Positions 10,297 to 19,351 of a stretch of DNA of 64,000 bases are shown piece by piece. Numbering within the stretch: the first letter of the stretch is position 1; the number at the start of each line of letters is the position of its first letter. Under the pieces are notes generated by a model that ran no database searches, was not told the origin of the DNA, and worked only from the letters and a program-made list of their open reading frames with translations. This DNA comes from Gemmatimonadota bacterium (GTDB lineage Bacteria > Gemmatimonadota > Gemmatimonadetes > Longimicrobiales > Gaopeijiaceae), in contig JBDHLD010000014.1 of assembly GCA_039586035.1 (NCBI GenBank), positions 1 through 64,000 on the forward strand. The letters are read 5' to 3'. The position numbers were made by a program, and so were the translations under genes.

Positions 10297-11538
10297 TCAA
10301 GCGGTGCCCTCCAGCATGCGGAGAAGCAGAGCGAGGGCCGCCTGTCCCGCCCTGGCGCGCACGAAAGCACGATCCCCGGGGAATCGCTCCTTGCGAGCCA
10401 CGACGCGGCCGTCCAGGCTGACGGCGTACCAGACGGTGCCGACCGGCTTCGCATCCGTCCCTCCCTCGGGGCCGGCAACCCCCGTGATGCCGAGGCCCGC
10501 CTCGGCCCCCAGGCGGCCCGCCGCGCCCAGCGCCATCGCCTCGGCCACCGGCTGCGACACGGCTCCCTCCCGCTCGATGACACCCGCGTCCACTCCCAAC
10601 AGCGTCACCTTCGCGTCGTTCGAGTAGGACACGACACCACCCACGAAGTAGTCCGACGAACCCGCCCGGTCCGTCAGGCGCTTGGCCACGCCGCCTCCCG
10701 TGCAGCTTTCCGCCGTGGCCAACCGCTTGCCGGCTCGCCTCAACGCCTCGGCCACGGCCTCCACCAGGTCTCCGGACCGAGCTCGGTAGCGATAGGCTCC
10801 CACGATTGGCTCCAGCAGCGCTTCCGCCCGATCCAACAGTCTCGCCGCCCGGTCGGCGTCGGCGACGTCGCGCACCGTGACCCGCAGCGCGACCCCGGCG
10901 ACGCCGGGCAGGAACGCCAGCTCCGCGCGACCCAGCCCCCCGTCCTGCAAGGGAGCGAGCCGGAGGGCCAGCTCCGACTCCGGGATGCCGGTGGTATAGA
11001 CGTTTCGGTGCCGCGTGGGCCGCAAGCGACCCGCGAAGGACGCCTCCAGATAGGCCGAGGCCGACTCGGTGAAGATCCGCTTCAGCTCGGCGGGCACGCC
11101 AGGAAACAGAATCACGCACCTGCCTCCGTCCTCCAATACGAGCCCCGCCGCGGTCCCGATGGGGTTTGGGAGGACGATCGCACCCGTTGGGACCTGCACC
11201 TGCTGCACGTTCGTCTCGGGCATGCGGTCGTAGCCTCGATCCCGGAAGCGGGCCTCCAGGGCGTCCCGCAGCGACGCGTCGACTCTGAGATCACGGCTGA
11301 GGAGATCCGCCACCGCGTGCCGCGTAACGTCGTCGGGGGTGGGGCCGAGGCCGCCGGTGACGAGCACCGCATCGGCTCGCTGCAGAGCCGCCGCCACGGC
11401 TTGCTGAACGTCGGCCCCCCGATCGCCCACCGTGAACTTCGCTTCGACGGACATGCCAAGGCCGTGGAGCTCCCGGGCCAGCCATGCGCTGTTCGTGTCG
11501 ACCGTCTCACCCAGGAGCAACTCGTCTCCGACCGCCAC
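10297..11538 (-). CDS. cinA: CinA-family competence/damage-inducible protein (molybdopterin-binding domain + PncC-like NMN deamidase domain)
   Basis: N-terminus AVIVAVGDELLLGETVDTNSAWL matches the MoCF-biosynthesis-like domain, and the C-terminus has the CinA deamidase domain. There is no in-frame ATG near the true N-terminus. The nearest start is a GTG at 11538; an unusual start just upstream, overlapping the pgsA stop at 11580, is possible. The track's 593-aa ORF is read-through across pgsA in another frame. Confidence 0.75.
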   Translation of the reverse strand: MAVGDELLLGETVDTNSAWLARELHGLGMSVEAKFTVGDRGADVQQAVAAALQRADAVLVTGGLGPTPDDVTRHAVADLLSRDLRVDASLRDALEARFRDRGYDRMPETNVQQVQVPTGAIVLPNPIGTAAGLVLEDGGRCVILFPGVPAELKRIFTESASAYLEASFAGRLRPTRHRNVYTTGIPESELALRLAPLQDGGLGRAELAFLPGVAGVALRVTVRDVADADRAARLLDRAEALLEPIVGAYRYRARSGDLVEAVAEALRRAGKRLATAESCTGGGVAKRLTDRAGSSDYFVGGVVSYSNDAKVTLLGVDAGVIEREGAVSQPVAEAMALGAAGRLGAEAGLGITGVAGPEGGTDAKPVGTVWYAVSLDGRVVARKERFPGDRAFVRARAGQAALALLLRMLEGTA

Positions 11539-11579
11539 GATGACGGCGCGAGCCGTCGCGTGCTCGGTCGGGGGGGAGC

Positions 11580-12227
11580 TCAGGTGCCGCTCCGGACCAA
11601 CGATCGGTAGCTCCAGAGGTAGTCCAGCATGGAGTAGATCGTGAGGAGCACCGCAACGCTGAGGCTGACGCCGATGAATGCACCGTGGAAGCGGCTCCAA
11701 CTGGTCCAAGACGAGCTCCCGATCCAACCCGACTCCTCGGCTACCATCAGGAGGGGGTACCACAGCAGGAGCGCGCCCACGAAGAGATTCTGGATGAACG
11801 CCTTGTACTTCCCCGACTGACCCGCCGAGATGACGACGCCGCGTCGGGCGGCCCAGCTCCGGAACAGCGTGATGCCGAGCTCTCGCCCCAGGACCACGAC
11901 CAGGACCCAGAGAGGCAAGGTGCCCCACCACGGCACTCGGTTGAGTGGCTCCGCGGAGTGGGAAAGGATGTAGAACGGGATGAACGTGCACACGATGAGC
12001 AGCTTGTCGGCGATCGGGTCGAGGAGCTTGCCGACGTCCGTGATCCAGCCGTGCTTTCGAGCCAGGTACCCGTCCCACAGGTCGCTGAGGGCCGCAGCCA
12101 CGAACAGCACGAAGGCCGCCGTCCGACCCGGCACGGAGTCGGACAGGGCAAGCGCGAAGATCACCGGGCAGATGGCGATGCGCGCTACGGTGATGATGTT
12201 CGGGAGGGTCAGTCGTCGCCCGGCCAT
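11580..12227 (-). CDS. pgsA: CDP-diacylglycerol--glycerol-3-phosphate 3-phosphatidyltransferase
   Basis: CDP-alcohol phosphotransferase motif D..DG..AR.......G...D...D (LSDLWDGYLARKHGWITDVGKLLDPIADK); multi-TM; 215 aa. Confidence 0.85.
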   Translation of the reverse strand: MAGRRLTLPNIITVARIAICPVIFALALSDSVPGRTAAFVLFVAAALSDLWDGYLARKHGWITDVGKLLDPIADKLLIVCTFIPFYILSHSAEPLNRVPWWGTLPLWVLVVVLGRELGITLFRSWAARRGVVISAGQSGKYKAFIQNLFVGALLLWYPLLMVAEESGWIGSSSWTSWSRFHGAFIGVSLSVAVLLTIYSMLDYLWSYRSLVRSGT

Positions 12228-12334
12228 AGGCTCCGGTGGCGCGTTCGGGTCACGGCAACCGACTGAAGGTAGCGTGTAAGTGGCCTACGGAGAACCGCCC
12301 TTCGTGCCTCCGGGTCGGCAGAGCCGCACTCCGC

Positions 12335-12913
12335 TCAGCTGAGCGACTTCACGACCATCTTGGACACGGCCTTGAGCGTGTCGAAGACGCCGCGGCCCTC
12401 GATGGCCACGCCCTCGAAGTCCGGCACGCCTTCGGGGTTCAGCTGGGCGCGCAGCTCCTCCACCGCCATCACGTTGCCCAGATCCCGCTTGTTGTACTGG
12501 ATCGCGAACGGGATCTCCTCGAGATCGTAGCCGTAGGACTCGAGGTTCTCGTACAAGTTGTGCATGGCCTCGATGTTGGCCTCGGTGCGCTCTTGCTGAG
12601 AGTCGGCCACGAAGATGATCCCGTCCACGCCCTTCAGGATGAGCTTGCGGCTGGCATTGTAATAGACCTGACCCGGGACCGTGTAGAGGTGGAACCGGGT
12701 CTTGAAGCCGCGGATCTCTCCCAGATCGATGGGGAGGAAATCGAAGAAGAGCGTTCGCTCCGTCTCCGTCGCGAGCGAGATCATCTTGCCCTTGGTTTCC
12801 GGGTTCACGCGGGAGTAGACGTACTCGAGGTTGGTCGTCTTCCCGCCAAGACCGGTGCCGTAGTAGACGATCTTGCAGTTGATCTCACGGCTGGCGTAGT
12901 TGATCATCGACAT
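12335..12913 (-). CDS. mglA: Ras-like small GTPase MglA (gliding/polarity GTPase)
   Basis: Near-identical over its full length to the MglA pattern: [30 protein letters not shown]...[35 protein letters not shown]...IQYNKRDL...[10 protein letters not shown]. Confidence 0.9.
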   Translation of the reverse strand: MSMINYASREINCKIVYYGTGLGGKTTNLEYVYSRVNPETKGKMISLATETERTLFFDFLPIDLGEIRGFKTRFHLYTVPGQVYYNASRKLILKGVDGIIFVADSQQERTEANIEAMHNLYENLESYGYDLEEIPFAIQYNKRDLGNVMAVEELRAQLNPEGVPDFEGVAIEGRGVFDTLKAVSKMVVKSLS

Positions 12914-12919
12914 GACCGG

Positions 12920-13417
12920 CTACGCTCCTTCCTCGAACAGGCGGTCGATCTCGTCGCCGGCCGCGGAGACCCAGTCGGGGTCGAGGGGCCGGCCCCCTTC
13001 CGATCCGGCTTCAATCAGTTCGCGCAAGGGCGCTTCGAGGCTCGAGACGATTCTGCTACCCTCCTTGCTGACCTGTCCTGACGGGCGGCGTCCGTTGAAG
13101 AGAATGGACAGGATGAGTTGATCGGCAACTGGCGCCACGAAGAGTGACGTGTGCTCGCCCTGCTGACAGAGGCCCTTGAGGTCGTCCTCTCCCACGAGCG
13201 ACGCCAGCGCTCGAGTCGCGGCCAGGTGGCTCACCGTGAGACTCGCGAACGCGGTGCGGTCGAGGTCCGGTGACCGCCCGGCTTCGAGAATGACGGCCCC
13301 GCTGCCATCCATGAGAATACCCATGCGCCCGTCCGTCTCCAGCAGGAGCTCGTCCAGGTTCGCGCGCAGGACCCCCAGGGGGTCGGTTGTCGTGTCGTGT
13401 GCTTGACCGAGCTTCAC
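12920..13417 (-). CDS. mglB: MglB, Roadblock/LC7-domain GAP of MglA
   Basis: Roadblock/LC7 fold pattern (AVILEAGRS...LASLTVSHLAA...SLFVAPVADQLILSILFN) and an acidic C-terminal tail (GDEIDRLFEEGA), as in MglB. It is immediately upstream of mglA. Confidence 0.85.
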   Translation of the reverse strand: MKLGQAHDTTTDPLGVLRANLDELLLETDGRMGILMDGSGAVILEAGRSPDLDRTAFASLTVSHLAATRALASLVGEDDLKGLCQQGEHTSLFVAPVADQLILSILFNGRRPSGQVSKEGSRIVSSLEAPLRELIEAGSEGGRPLDPDWVSAAGDEIDRLFEEGA

Positions 13418-13743
13418 GCCGTACCCTCCTCAGGGCTGTGCTCGAGCGCTCGCGCCTCCCGCTCCATGCGGTCGTGGATCACGCGGGCCCGATTGCGAAG
13501 GAGCTTGCTCTGCTCCCACGCGATGTAGTCTCGGAGGAGGGTGATGTGGCCCACCGACGGCTCCTCCCGGGCGATGTGCCCGAGAGCGGCCAACCTGCGA
13601 AAGGCGTGGGGACTGAACAGGTCCCGTTGGTGACGTGAGATCTGGTCACGCACCACGAGGAGCGCCACCGCACCTGCGGCGGCCGTTGCCAGCGCGGCCA
13701 CGGCCGCGATCCGGAGCGTCTTGTTCATTCTGCGTCCCGTCAC
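13414..13743 (-). CDS. Small hypothetical membrane-anchored protein (109 aa; one N-terminal TM helix + charged helical tail)
   Basis: ATGA/TGA overlaps on both sides: the recR stop overlaps its start, and its stop overlaps the mglB start. TM segment LRIAAVAALATAAAGAVALLVV. I recognise no family for it. Confidence 0.55.
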   Translation of the reverse strand: MTGRRMNKTLRIAAVAALATAAAGAVALLVVRDQISRHQRDLFSPHAFRRLAALGHIAREEPSVGHITLLRDYIAWEQSKLLRNRARVIHDRMEREARALEHSPEEGTA

Positions 13744-14333
13744 ATTTCGCGGCGACCCGCCAGGGCCTCCGCGATGGTAGTTCCGTCGACGTACTCGAGG
13801 TCCGATCCCACGGGGATCCCCCGGGCGAGGCGCGTCAGCCGCACACCTCGGGGCCTCAAAACGTTCTCAAGGTACACTGCGGTGGCCTCTCCTTCCACGC
13901 TCGCGTTCGTCGCGACGATCACTTCCGCGACGCCGCCCTCCGCGTTCGCCACTCTCTCGAGCAGGGCACCGATGTTCAACTCGTCGGGCCCGACTCCATC
14001 GAGTGGGGAGAGGTGGCCGCCCAACACGTGGTACAGTCCCCTGAATCCGCCCGTACGTTCGATGGCGCCTACTTCGTAGGCCTCCTCCACCACACATAGT
14101 ATCGACGGATCTCTTCGCGGATTAGAGCAGATCTCGCAGAGCTCGTCTTCGCTGAAATTCCCGCACTGGGCGCAGGGCCGCACCCGCTCTGCGAGTTCCT
14201 TCAAGGCCCGGCTCAATCGATGCACGTCTTCACGCGATCCCTTGAGCATGTGGTGGACCAGCCGCAGCGCGGTCTTGGGGCCGATGCCCGGCAAGCGGGA
14301 CAGCTCCACCGTGACGTGATCGATCGCCGACAT
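13740..14333 (-). CDS. recR: Recombination protein RecR
   Basis: HhH motif (LPGIGPKTALRL), C4 zinc finger (CAQCGNFSEDELCEIC) and a Toprim domain. Confidence 0.95.
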   Translation of the reverse strand: MSAIDHVTVELSRLPGIGPKTALRLVHHMLKGSREDVHRLSRALKELAERVRPCAQCGNFSEDELCEICSNPRRDPSILCVVEEAYEVGAIERTGGFRGLYHVLGGHLSPLDGVGPDELNIGALLERVANAEGGVAEVIVATNASVEGEATAVYLENVLRPRGVRLTRLARGIPVGSDLEYVDGTTIAEALAGRREM

Positions 14334-14372
14334 GGCTATGTCGCCTGGCCGCGGTACCGGTCCCGCCCGGCG

Positions 14373-14693
14373 TCAGAAGAGCCCAGGGATCTGGACCGGG
14401 AGCCCACCTGCCGCCTTGCGCATTTCCTCTTCGTAGAGCGTGCGCGCCTTCTTCTGCGCTTCCGCCACGGCGGCGAGGACGAGATCCTCGAGCATTTCCA
14501 CGTCCGCCGGATCCACGACCGTGGGCTCGATCGAGATCTTCTTGACGGCCCCCTTTCCGTCGACGGCGACCGTCACCATGCCGCCTCCTGACGTGGCCGT
14601 GACCTCTTGGCTGTCCAGGTTGTTCTGGATCTCCGCGATGCGGGCCTGAAGCTGCTGGCCCATTTGCATCAGCTGCTGAAGGTTCTCGTTCAT
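14373..14693 (-). CDS. ybaB: Nucleoid-associated protein YbaB/EbfC
   Basis: 106 aa; MNENLQQLMQMGQQLQARIAEIQNNL...GGGMVTVAVDGKGAVKKISI. It sits in the conserved position between dnaX and recR. Confidence 0.9.
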   Translation of the reverse strand: MNENLQQLMQMGQQLQARIAEIQNNLDSQEVTATSGGGMVTVAVDGKGAVKKISIEPTVVDPADVEMLEDLVLAAVAEAQKKARTLYEEEMRKAAGGLPVQIPGLF

Positions 14694-14743
14694 CGATCGG
14701 CTCGAATCCTAGAAGTCCTTTTCCGACAACGACCTCGAACCGC

Positions 14744-16528
14744 TCAGTCGAGCAGCTCGAGGTCCAGCTCTTGTACCGCCTTGCCCAGCAGTGGTTCCCG
14801 TTCGATCAGCTCCCTCAAGCGGCCCTCGCGAACGGTCTCGGGCGTGATCCGTCGACTCGCGTCCGCGGCCGCTTCGGTAGCGACGACGACCAGCTGCGGC
14901 CTGTCCACCAGATGTCGATGTAGCGCCCTTTCGACTGCGGCGCGCACGAGGGGTTCCCGCAGCCTGTCCAGCCCTGGGCCCGGCGGGAGGCTCACCTCCA
15001 CCTGGCCCTCGCTGCCGCTCCGGACTACCGCAGCTCGCATGAACGGGACCAACCCCCCCGGCAGCCCTGCGCCCTGGTCCAGGAGGCGAGTCCAGGCGAC
15101 CGCCGGATCGCCGGTCGGTGATCGGGGCTCGGCGGTCTCCGGCTGCTGGAGCCCCGAGGCGCTGCCCTCTCCGTCGTGTTCCGAGACGCCTTCTTCCGAG
15201 GTCTCCGCCGCCGCCGACAGATTGGACGCCAGCGAGTCCTCGTTCCCTCCCGCCATCGACGGTTGGCTCTCGGGGTCGGTGGGGGCCGGCGGCGAGAGCG
15301 CCGCCTCCGGCGGCACCGACGCGGTTGAGCCGGCCGACGTCGCGAAGCTACCGCCTGGCGACTCGACGTCCGCAGGGGCACCGCCCAATCCTCGCAGCAG
15401 CTCCTCCAGGTCAACGGTGCGATCGAGGAATGCGAGGCGAAGCAGGAGCATCTCCACCAACATACGGGGCTGCACGCTGCGCCGGAGGCTGCCGGATGTC
15501 TCGAGCTCCGCCGCGAGCGCCAGCATGCGAACCAGATCCACGGGATCACAGCGCTCAGCCCGGTCCCGGAAGCCGTCTCGCAGGTCCTCTCGCACGTCGG
15601 ACAGCTCGGAGGAGCCCTCGAGCCGGATTCGGAGCAGCAGCCGGATGGCCTCGACCAGGCCGTGGTAGAACTCGACCAAGTCGTACCCATCGGCCACCAG
15701 CCGATCCACGAAAGCGAAGATCCGTCCCGTCTGTCGCGCCATGAGGATGTCGATCAACTCGACGTACCGCTCCTCCTCGACCAGGCCCAGGATCTGCCGG
15801 ACCGCCTCCTGGCTCACCTGCCCTCCCGTCAGGGCCATGACCTGGTCCAGGAGCGAAAGCGCGTCACGCATGCCGCCGTCGGCCTTGCGGGCGATGGTAC
15901 GGAGGGCGTCATCCGGGCCCTCTGTCCCTTCGCGCCTCAACACCTCCGACAGGCGCTCCACGATGTCGGCGACGCCGATCCGGCGGAAGTCGAACCGCTG
16001 GCAGCGCGACAGGATCGGCGCCGCGGACTGCTGAATCTTCTGGGGCTCGGTCGTGGCGAAGACGAAGATCACACGCGGGGGCGGCTCCTCGAGGACCTTG
16101 AGGAGGGCATTCCACGCCTCCCGGGTCAACATGTGGGCCTCGTCCAGGATGTAGACCTTGTACCGGCCCTCGTCGGACGGCGCGTATTGAGCCCGTGCGC
16201 GTAGCTCGCGGGCGTCGTCCACCCCCCGATTCGAGGCCGCGTCGATCTCGACCACATCCAGGGCCGTGTGGCCACCCCAGATCCGGCTGCAGCTCTCGCA
16301 CTCCCCGCACGGCTCCCCTTCCGGGGTCCGGGTCGGGCAGTTCAAAGCCATGGCCAAGACGCGGGCCAGAGTCGTCTTGCCGACACCGCGGGGGCCACAG
16401 AAGAGGTAGGCGTGGCCCACCCTGCCCCCTGCAACCGCACGCCGCAAGGTCTCCGAGACGTGACCCTGAGTGGCCACCTCCGAGAACGTTCGGGGTCGGT
16501 ATTTGCGCGCTAGCGCCGTGTGGGACAC
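14744..16528 (-). CDS. dnaX: DNA polymerase III subunit gamma/tau
   Basis: AAA+ clamp-loader motifs (ALARKYRPRTF, GPRGVGKTT), a zinc module (CGECESC) and an SRC motif. The track start (GTG at 16630) abuts the SRP-RNA terminator. An in-frame GTG at 16528 gives the canonical N-terminus (M)SHTALARKYRP. Confidence 0.88.
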   Translation of the reverse strand: MSHTALARKYRPRTFSEVATQGHVSETLRRAVAGGRVGHAYLFCGPRGVGKTTLARVLAMALNCPTRTPEGEPCGECESCSRIWGGHTALDVVEIDAASNRGVDDARELRARAQYAPSDEGRYKVYILDEAHMLTREAWNALLKVLEEPPPRVIFVFATTEPQKIQQSAAPILSRCQRFDFRRIGVADIVERLSEVLRREGTEGPDDALRTIARKADGGMRDALSLLDQVMALTGGQVSQEAVRQILGLVEEERYVELIDILMARQTGRIFAFVDRLVADGYDLVEFYHGLVEAIRLLLRIRLEGSSELSDVREDLRDGFRDRAERCDPVDLVRMLALAAELETSGSLRRSVQPRMLVEMLLLRLAFLDRTVDLEELLRGLGGAPADVESPGGSFATSAGSTASVPPEAALSPPAPTDPESQPSMAGGNEDSLASNLSAAAETSEEGVSEHDGEGSASGLQQPETAEPRSPTGDPAVAWTRLLDQGAGLPGGLVPFMRAAVVRSGSEGQVEVSLPPGPGLDRLREPLVRAAVERALHRHLVDRPQLVVVATEAAADASRRITPETVREGRLRELIEREPLLGKAVQELDLELLD

Positions 16529-16633
16529 AGGGCCGCCCGAATGGCTGGCTGACGTTGTCCCGGGCGACCGGGCCTCTGTGCCCGGAGCCCCGGCCCGAGG
16601 GCGGAGGACGGGAGTCGAAGCGGGCAGCACGGG

Positions 16634-16741
16634 AAAAAAAATGCCCCAGGCGACCCGCAGCTACGATTACCGCACTTAGCGCTGCTACCTGCGGGGTCCT
16701 GACGCGGTTCGTGGGCTCTCGCCCTACGGACCTGGGGCACC
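16634..16741 (-). ncRNA. ffs: Signal recognition particle RNA (small 4.5S-type SRP RNA, ffs) with intrinsic terminator
   Basis: Minus-strand sequence GUGCCCCAGGUCCGUAGGGCGAGAGCCCACGAACCGCGUCAGGACCCCGCAGGUAGCAGCGCUAAGUGCGGUAAUCGUAGCUGCGGGUCGCCUGGGGCA followed by U8. The 5' and 3' ends pair (GCCCCAGG / CCUGGGGC). The conserved domain-IV core GUCAGG...AGGNAGCAGC and the 3' GUAGCUG... resemble E. coli 4.5S RNA. Location directly upstream of dnaX is classic. Confidence 0.75.
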
Positions 16742-16799
16742 GCGAAAGCTACCCATGCGGAGAGAGAGCGTCAACCGAATCGCGGCGGACGCCGAGCCT

Positions 16800-17198
16800 T
16801 CAACGGTGTCGTCGCCAGGCGTCCTCGACGTGCTCGATGCGCGTGGGTCCTGCGGGCCCGAAGAACACCGCCACCGCGTCGAATCGGTAGGTCCGTCCCA
16901 CCCCCGGATGGGCCTCCGTCCACCGCCGGGCTACCTCCGAGATCTCGCGACGCTTCTTCCAGGTGATGGCTTCCAGCGGGTGACCGAACCCCGTATCCCT
17001 TCGACTCTTGACCTCGACGAACGCCACGAGCGTACCCCGCCGCGCGATGAGGTCCACCTCTTTTCGACCCGCTCGGTAGTTCCGTTCGAGGATCGTCCAG
17101 CCCATCCGCTCGAAGAGCGCCGCCGCGAGACGCTCGCCCTCCCGGCCGAGCTCGAGCGACGTACCCCTGAATGAGCCGGTCGTGGGCTGTTCGTTCAT
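16800..17198 (-). CDS. yraN: YraN-family (UPF0102) predicted endonuclease
   Basis: 132 aa; GERLAAALFERMGWTILERNYR...EVDLIARRGTLVAFVEVKSRR matches the restriction-endonuclease-like fold of the YraN family. The track's 278-aa ORF is an upstream extension; an ATG at 17198 gives MNEQPTTG.... Confidence 0.8.
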   Translation of the reverse strand: MNEQPTTGSFRGTSLELGREGERLAAALFERMGWTILERNYRAGRKEVDLIARRGTLVAFVEVKSRRDTGFGHPLEAITWKKRREISEVARRWTEAHPGVGRTYRFDAVAVFFGPAGPTRIEHVEDAWRRHR

Positions 17199-17400
17199 GG
17201 TAGGAAGGTCGCAGACAGCCCCGGGCGCGACCATGAGCCGGTGGGACGGAGGCACGACGGCCGAACCGCCACCGCGCATTGGCAGCCGGCCTCGGGATCG
17301 GGACGAGTCAGGATCGCCGCGACCCGACCGGTCGGATCGGGCCTGTGGTTGCGCTCGCCGGACCGCGTCGACTCGGCCGACCCGGCTTCCCGAGCGTCGG

Positions 17401-18453
17401 TCAGGCTCCCGCGACGGTCGCCTCGGCAAGGGAAGCCACGAGGTCCCGGTCCAACGCGTGGGCGATGACACGGATCTGCTCGACCAGGGCGGCGAACTGC
17501 TCCGGATAGAGGCTCTGGGCGCCGTCCGAGAGGGCCGTGGGTGGATCCGGGTGCACCTCCACCATGAGGCCATCCGCTCCCGCCGCCACGGCTGCGCGGG
17601 CCATGGGCGTGACCTTGGCGCGGATGCCGGTCCCATGGCTTGGATCCGCGATGATGGGGAGGTGGGAGAGCGCCTGAACGACCGGAATCGCGGTCAGGTC
17701 CAGGAGGTTCCGCGTGTGCGTGTCGAAGCTCCTCACGCCGCGCTCGCAGAGGATCACCTGCTCGTTTCCCTCAGCGAGGATGTACTCGGCAGCCAGCAGC
17801 AGCTCCGTGATCGTGGCCGACATCCCTCGCTTGAGGAGGATGGGCTTGTCGAGGCGACCGGCCTCCTTGAGCAGCGGGTAGTTCTGCATATTGCGGGCCC
17901 CGATCTGCACGATGTCGGCATATTCCGCCACCAGCTTGGCCCCCGCCGGATCCAGAGCCTCGGTGACCACGGCCATGCCCGTCGCCTCACGGGCTTCGGC
18001 CAGAAGCTCGAGCCCGGCCTGCCCGAGACCCTGGAAAGAGTAGGGCGAGGTGCGGGGCTTGAACGCACCACCGCGGAGCACTGTGGCGCCCGTGTCCCGG
18101 AGCCGGTGCGCCACGTCGAGGATCTGCTCCCTGCCCTCTACCGCGCAGGGACCCGCCATGAGCACGATCGACCGTCCACCGATCAGCGTGCCGTTGGGTA
18201 GCGCGATGACCGTGTCGTCCGACCGCCACTCCCGAGACACCTGCTTGTAGGGCTTGGTGACCGAGATGACCTCACGGACACCCTCCATGCCTTCGAGCCG
18301 GGCAGAGTCGACGCGCCCGTCGTTGCCGATGAGGCCCACAGCTGTCCGCTGCCGGCCGGGAATGGGACGCGCGTCGTAGCCCATGTCCCGGATCGTGTCC
18401 ACGACCGTCCGGATCTCGGCTTCCGAGGCGCTATGGCGCATCACGATCAGCAT
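17401..18453 (-). CDS. aroF: 3-deoxy-7-phosphoheptulonate (DAHP) synthase, short KDO8PS-like type with N-terminal ACT-like regulatory domain
   Basis: Core ([41 protein letters not shown]) matches Thermotoga/Bacillus-type DAHP synthases. The N-terminal ~70 aa resemble a ferredoxin-like regulatory domain. Confidence 0.85.
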   Translation of the reverse strand: MLIVMRHSASEAEIRTVVDTIRDMGYDARPIPGRQRTAVGLIGNDGRVDSARLEGMEGVREVISVTKPYKQVSREWRSDDTVIALPNGTLIGGRSIVLMAGPCAVEGREQILDVAHRLRDTGATVLRGGAFKPRTSPYSFQGLGQAGLELLAEAREATGMAVVTEALDPAGAKLVAEYADIVQIGARNMQNYPLLKEAGRLDKPILLKRGMSATITELLLAAEYILAEGNEQVILCERGVRSFDTHTRNLLDLTAIPVVQALSHLPIIADPSHGTGIRAKVTPMARAAVAAGADGLMVEVHPDPPTALSDGAQSLYPEQFAALVEQIRVIAHALDRDLVASLAEATVAGA

Positions 18454-18559
18454 GACAACCGCTCTGGGTCAGGCGAATTCTTGGGGCTCGCGTCGATTCG
18501 GACGAGCGTCATCGGGTGTAAGTCTAAGGGAGAAGGGTGACTCTGGTCTACCGTGACCC

Positions 18560-19351
18560 CTACTCGTCCTCCGAAGCGTGGGGGGGGACCAGATCCATCT
18601 GCAGCCCGTCGAACCCAGCCGTGACCGTCCCCTCCCAGCCCGCCTCCCTCACGAGTTGCGGGACCCGTTCCGGCTGGAGCGGCGGATAGGCGTGGGTGGT
18701 GACGATGCACTCCGGCGCCGCGACCCGGCCGAGCTCGGCGACCCCGACGGGCGTGAGGTGGGTGTCGGTCGGCGCCGGGTCGAGGTGTGCGCACTCGCAC
18801 ACGACCACCTGAGCACCCCGAAGGAAAGAGAACAGCTCGGTGTCGGGACCCGTGTCACCCGTGTAACCGAGCACGCAGCCCTCCGCCTCGATCCGGTAGG
18901 CCATGGAGCGGTCGGTATGGGGGGTAGCGTGCGTAAACAACGTGAATCGCTCTGCGGGATCGGACCACCGACCCATCCGCGGGAGCTCCACCACCCGCAG
19001 GGGCAGCCCCGGATCGAGGACGTGACGTCCAAATGCCACGGCGGCAGCGTCGAGGAAATCCCGGAGCCCACGAGGTCCCACGAGGGTCAACGCCTCGGCA
19101 CGCTGCCGGTCCAGGCCGTGCTTGAACGCCCAGAGCAAGGCCGGCAGGTCACCCACGTGATCGCCGTGAAAGTGCGTGATGGCTACGTGGGTGAGGTCTT
19201 GCCACACGCCGCCGAGCTTGCCCAAGCGGTGAACCGCGCCGGAGCCGCAGTCCAGGAGTAACGCAAACCCCCGGCCCTGGACGAGGTGGGCGGGCGACGC
19301 CCGCTCCCCGTTCGGCAGCAGCGTTCCAGAGCCGAGCACGGTCAGCCTCAT
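18560..19351 (-). CDS. MBL-fold metallo-hydrolase (RNase Z/ElaC-like)
   Basis: HxHxDH motif (THFHGDHVGD) plus downstream His/Asp ligands; 263 aa. Its start ATG overlaps the stop of the upstream S8-like gene (ATGA). The track's 324-aa ORF is over-extended. Confidence 0.8.
   Translation of the reverse strand: MRLTVLGSGTLLPNGERASPAHLVQGRGFALLLDCGSGAVHRLGKLGGVWQDLTHVAITHFHGDHVGDLPALLWAFKHGLDRQRAEALTLVGPRGLRDFLDAAAVAFGRHVLDPGLPLRVVELPRMGRWSDPAERFTLFTHATPHTDRSMAYRIEAEGCVLGYTGDTGPDTELFSFLRGAQVVVCECAHLDPAPTDTHLTPVGVAELGRVAAPECIVTTHAYPPLQPERVPQLVREAGWEGTVTAGFDGLQMDLVPPHASEDE

Noticed and set aside
10297-12078. 593-aa track ORF that would fuse a PgsA-like region to CinA.
   Set aside because: pgsA is a separate gene in a different frame (11580..12227). 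The first ~170 codons of the 593-aa ORF are read-through with junk composition. CinA begins near 11540-11570.
14744-16630. Long 5' extensions of track ORFs. Examples are dnaX from 16630, yraN from 17636, the MBL gene from 19534, ispE from 41139, rarA from 47082, cca from 48047, the SDR gene from 48568, gmhA from 50111 and ltaE from 61897.
   Set aside because: The extensions run through the upstream gene in another frame and have Arg/Pro-rich junk composition. Conserved N-termini align with internal ATG or GTG codons that overlap the upstream stop codon.
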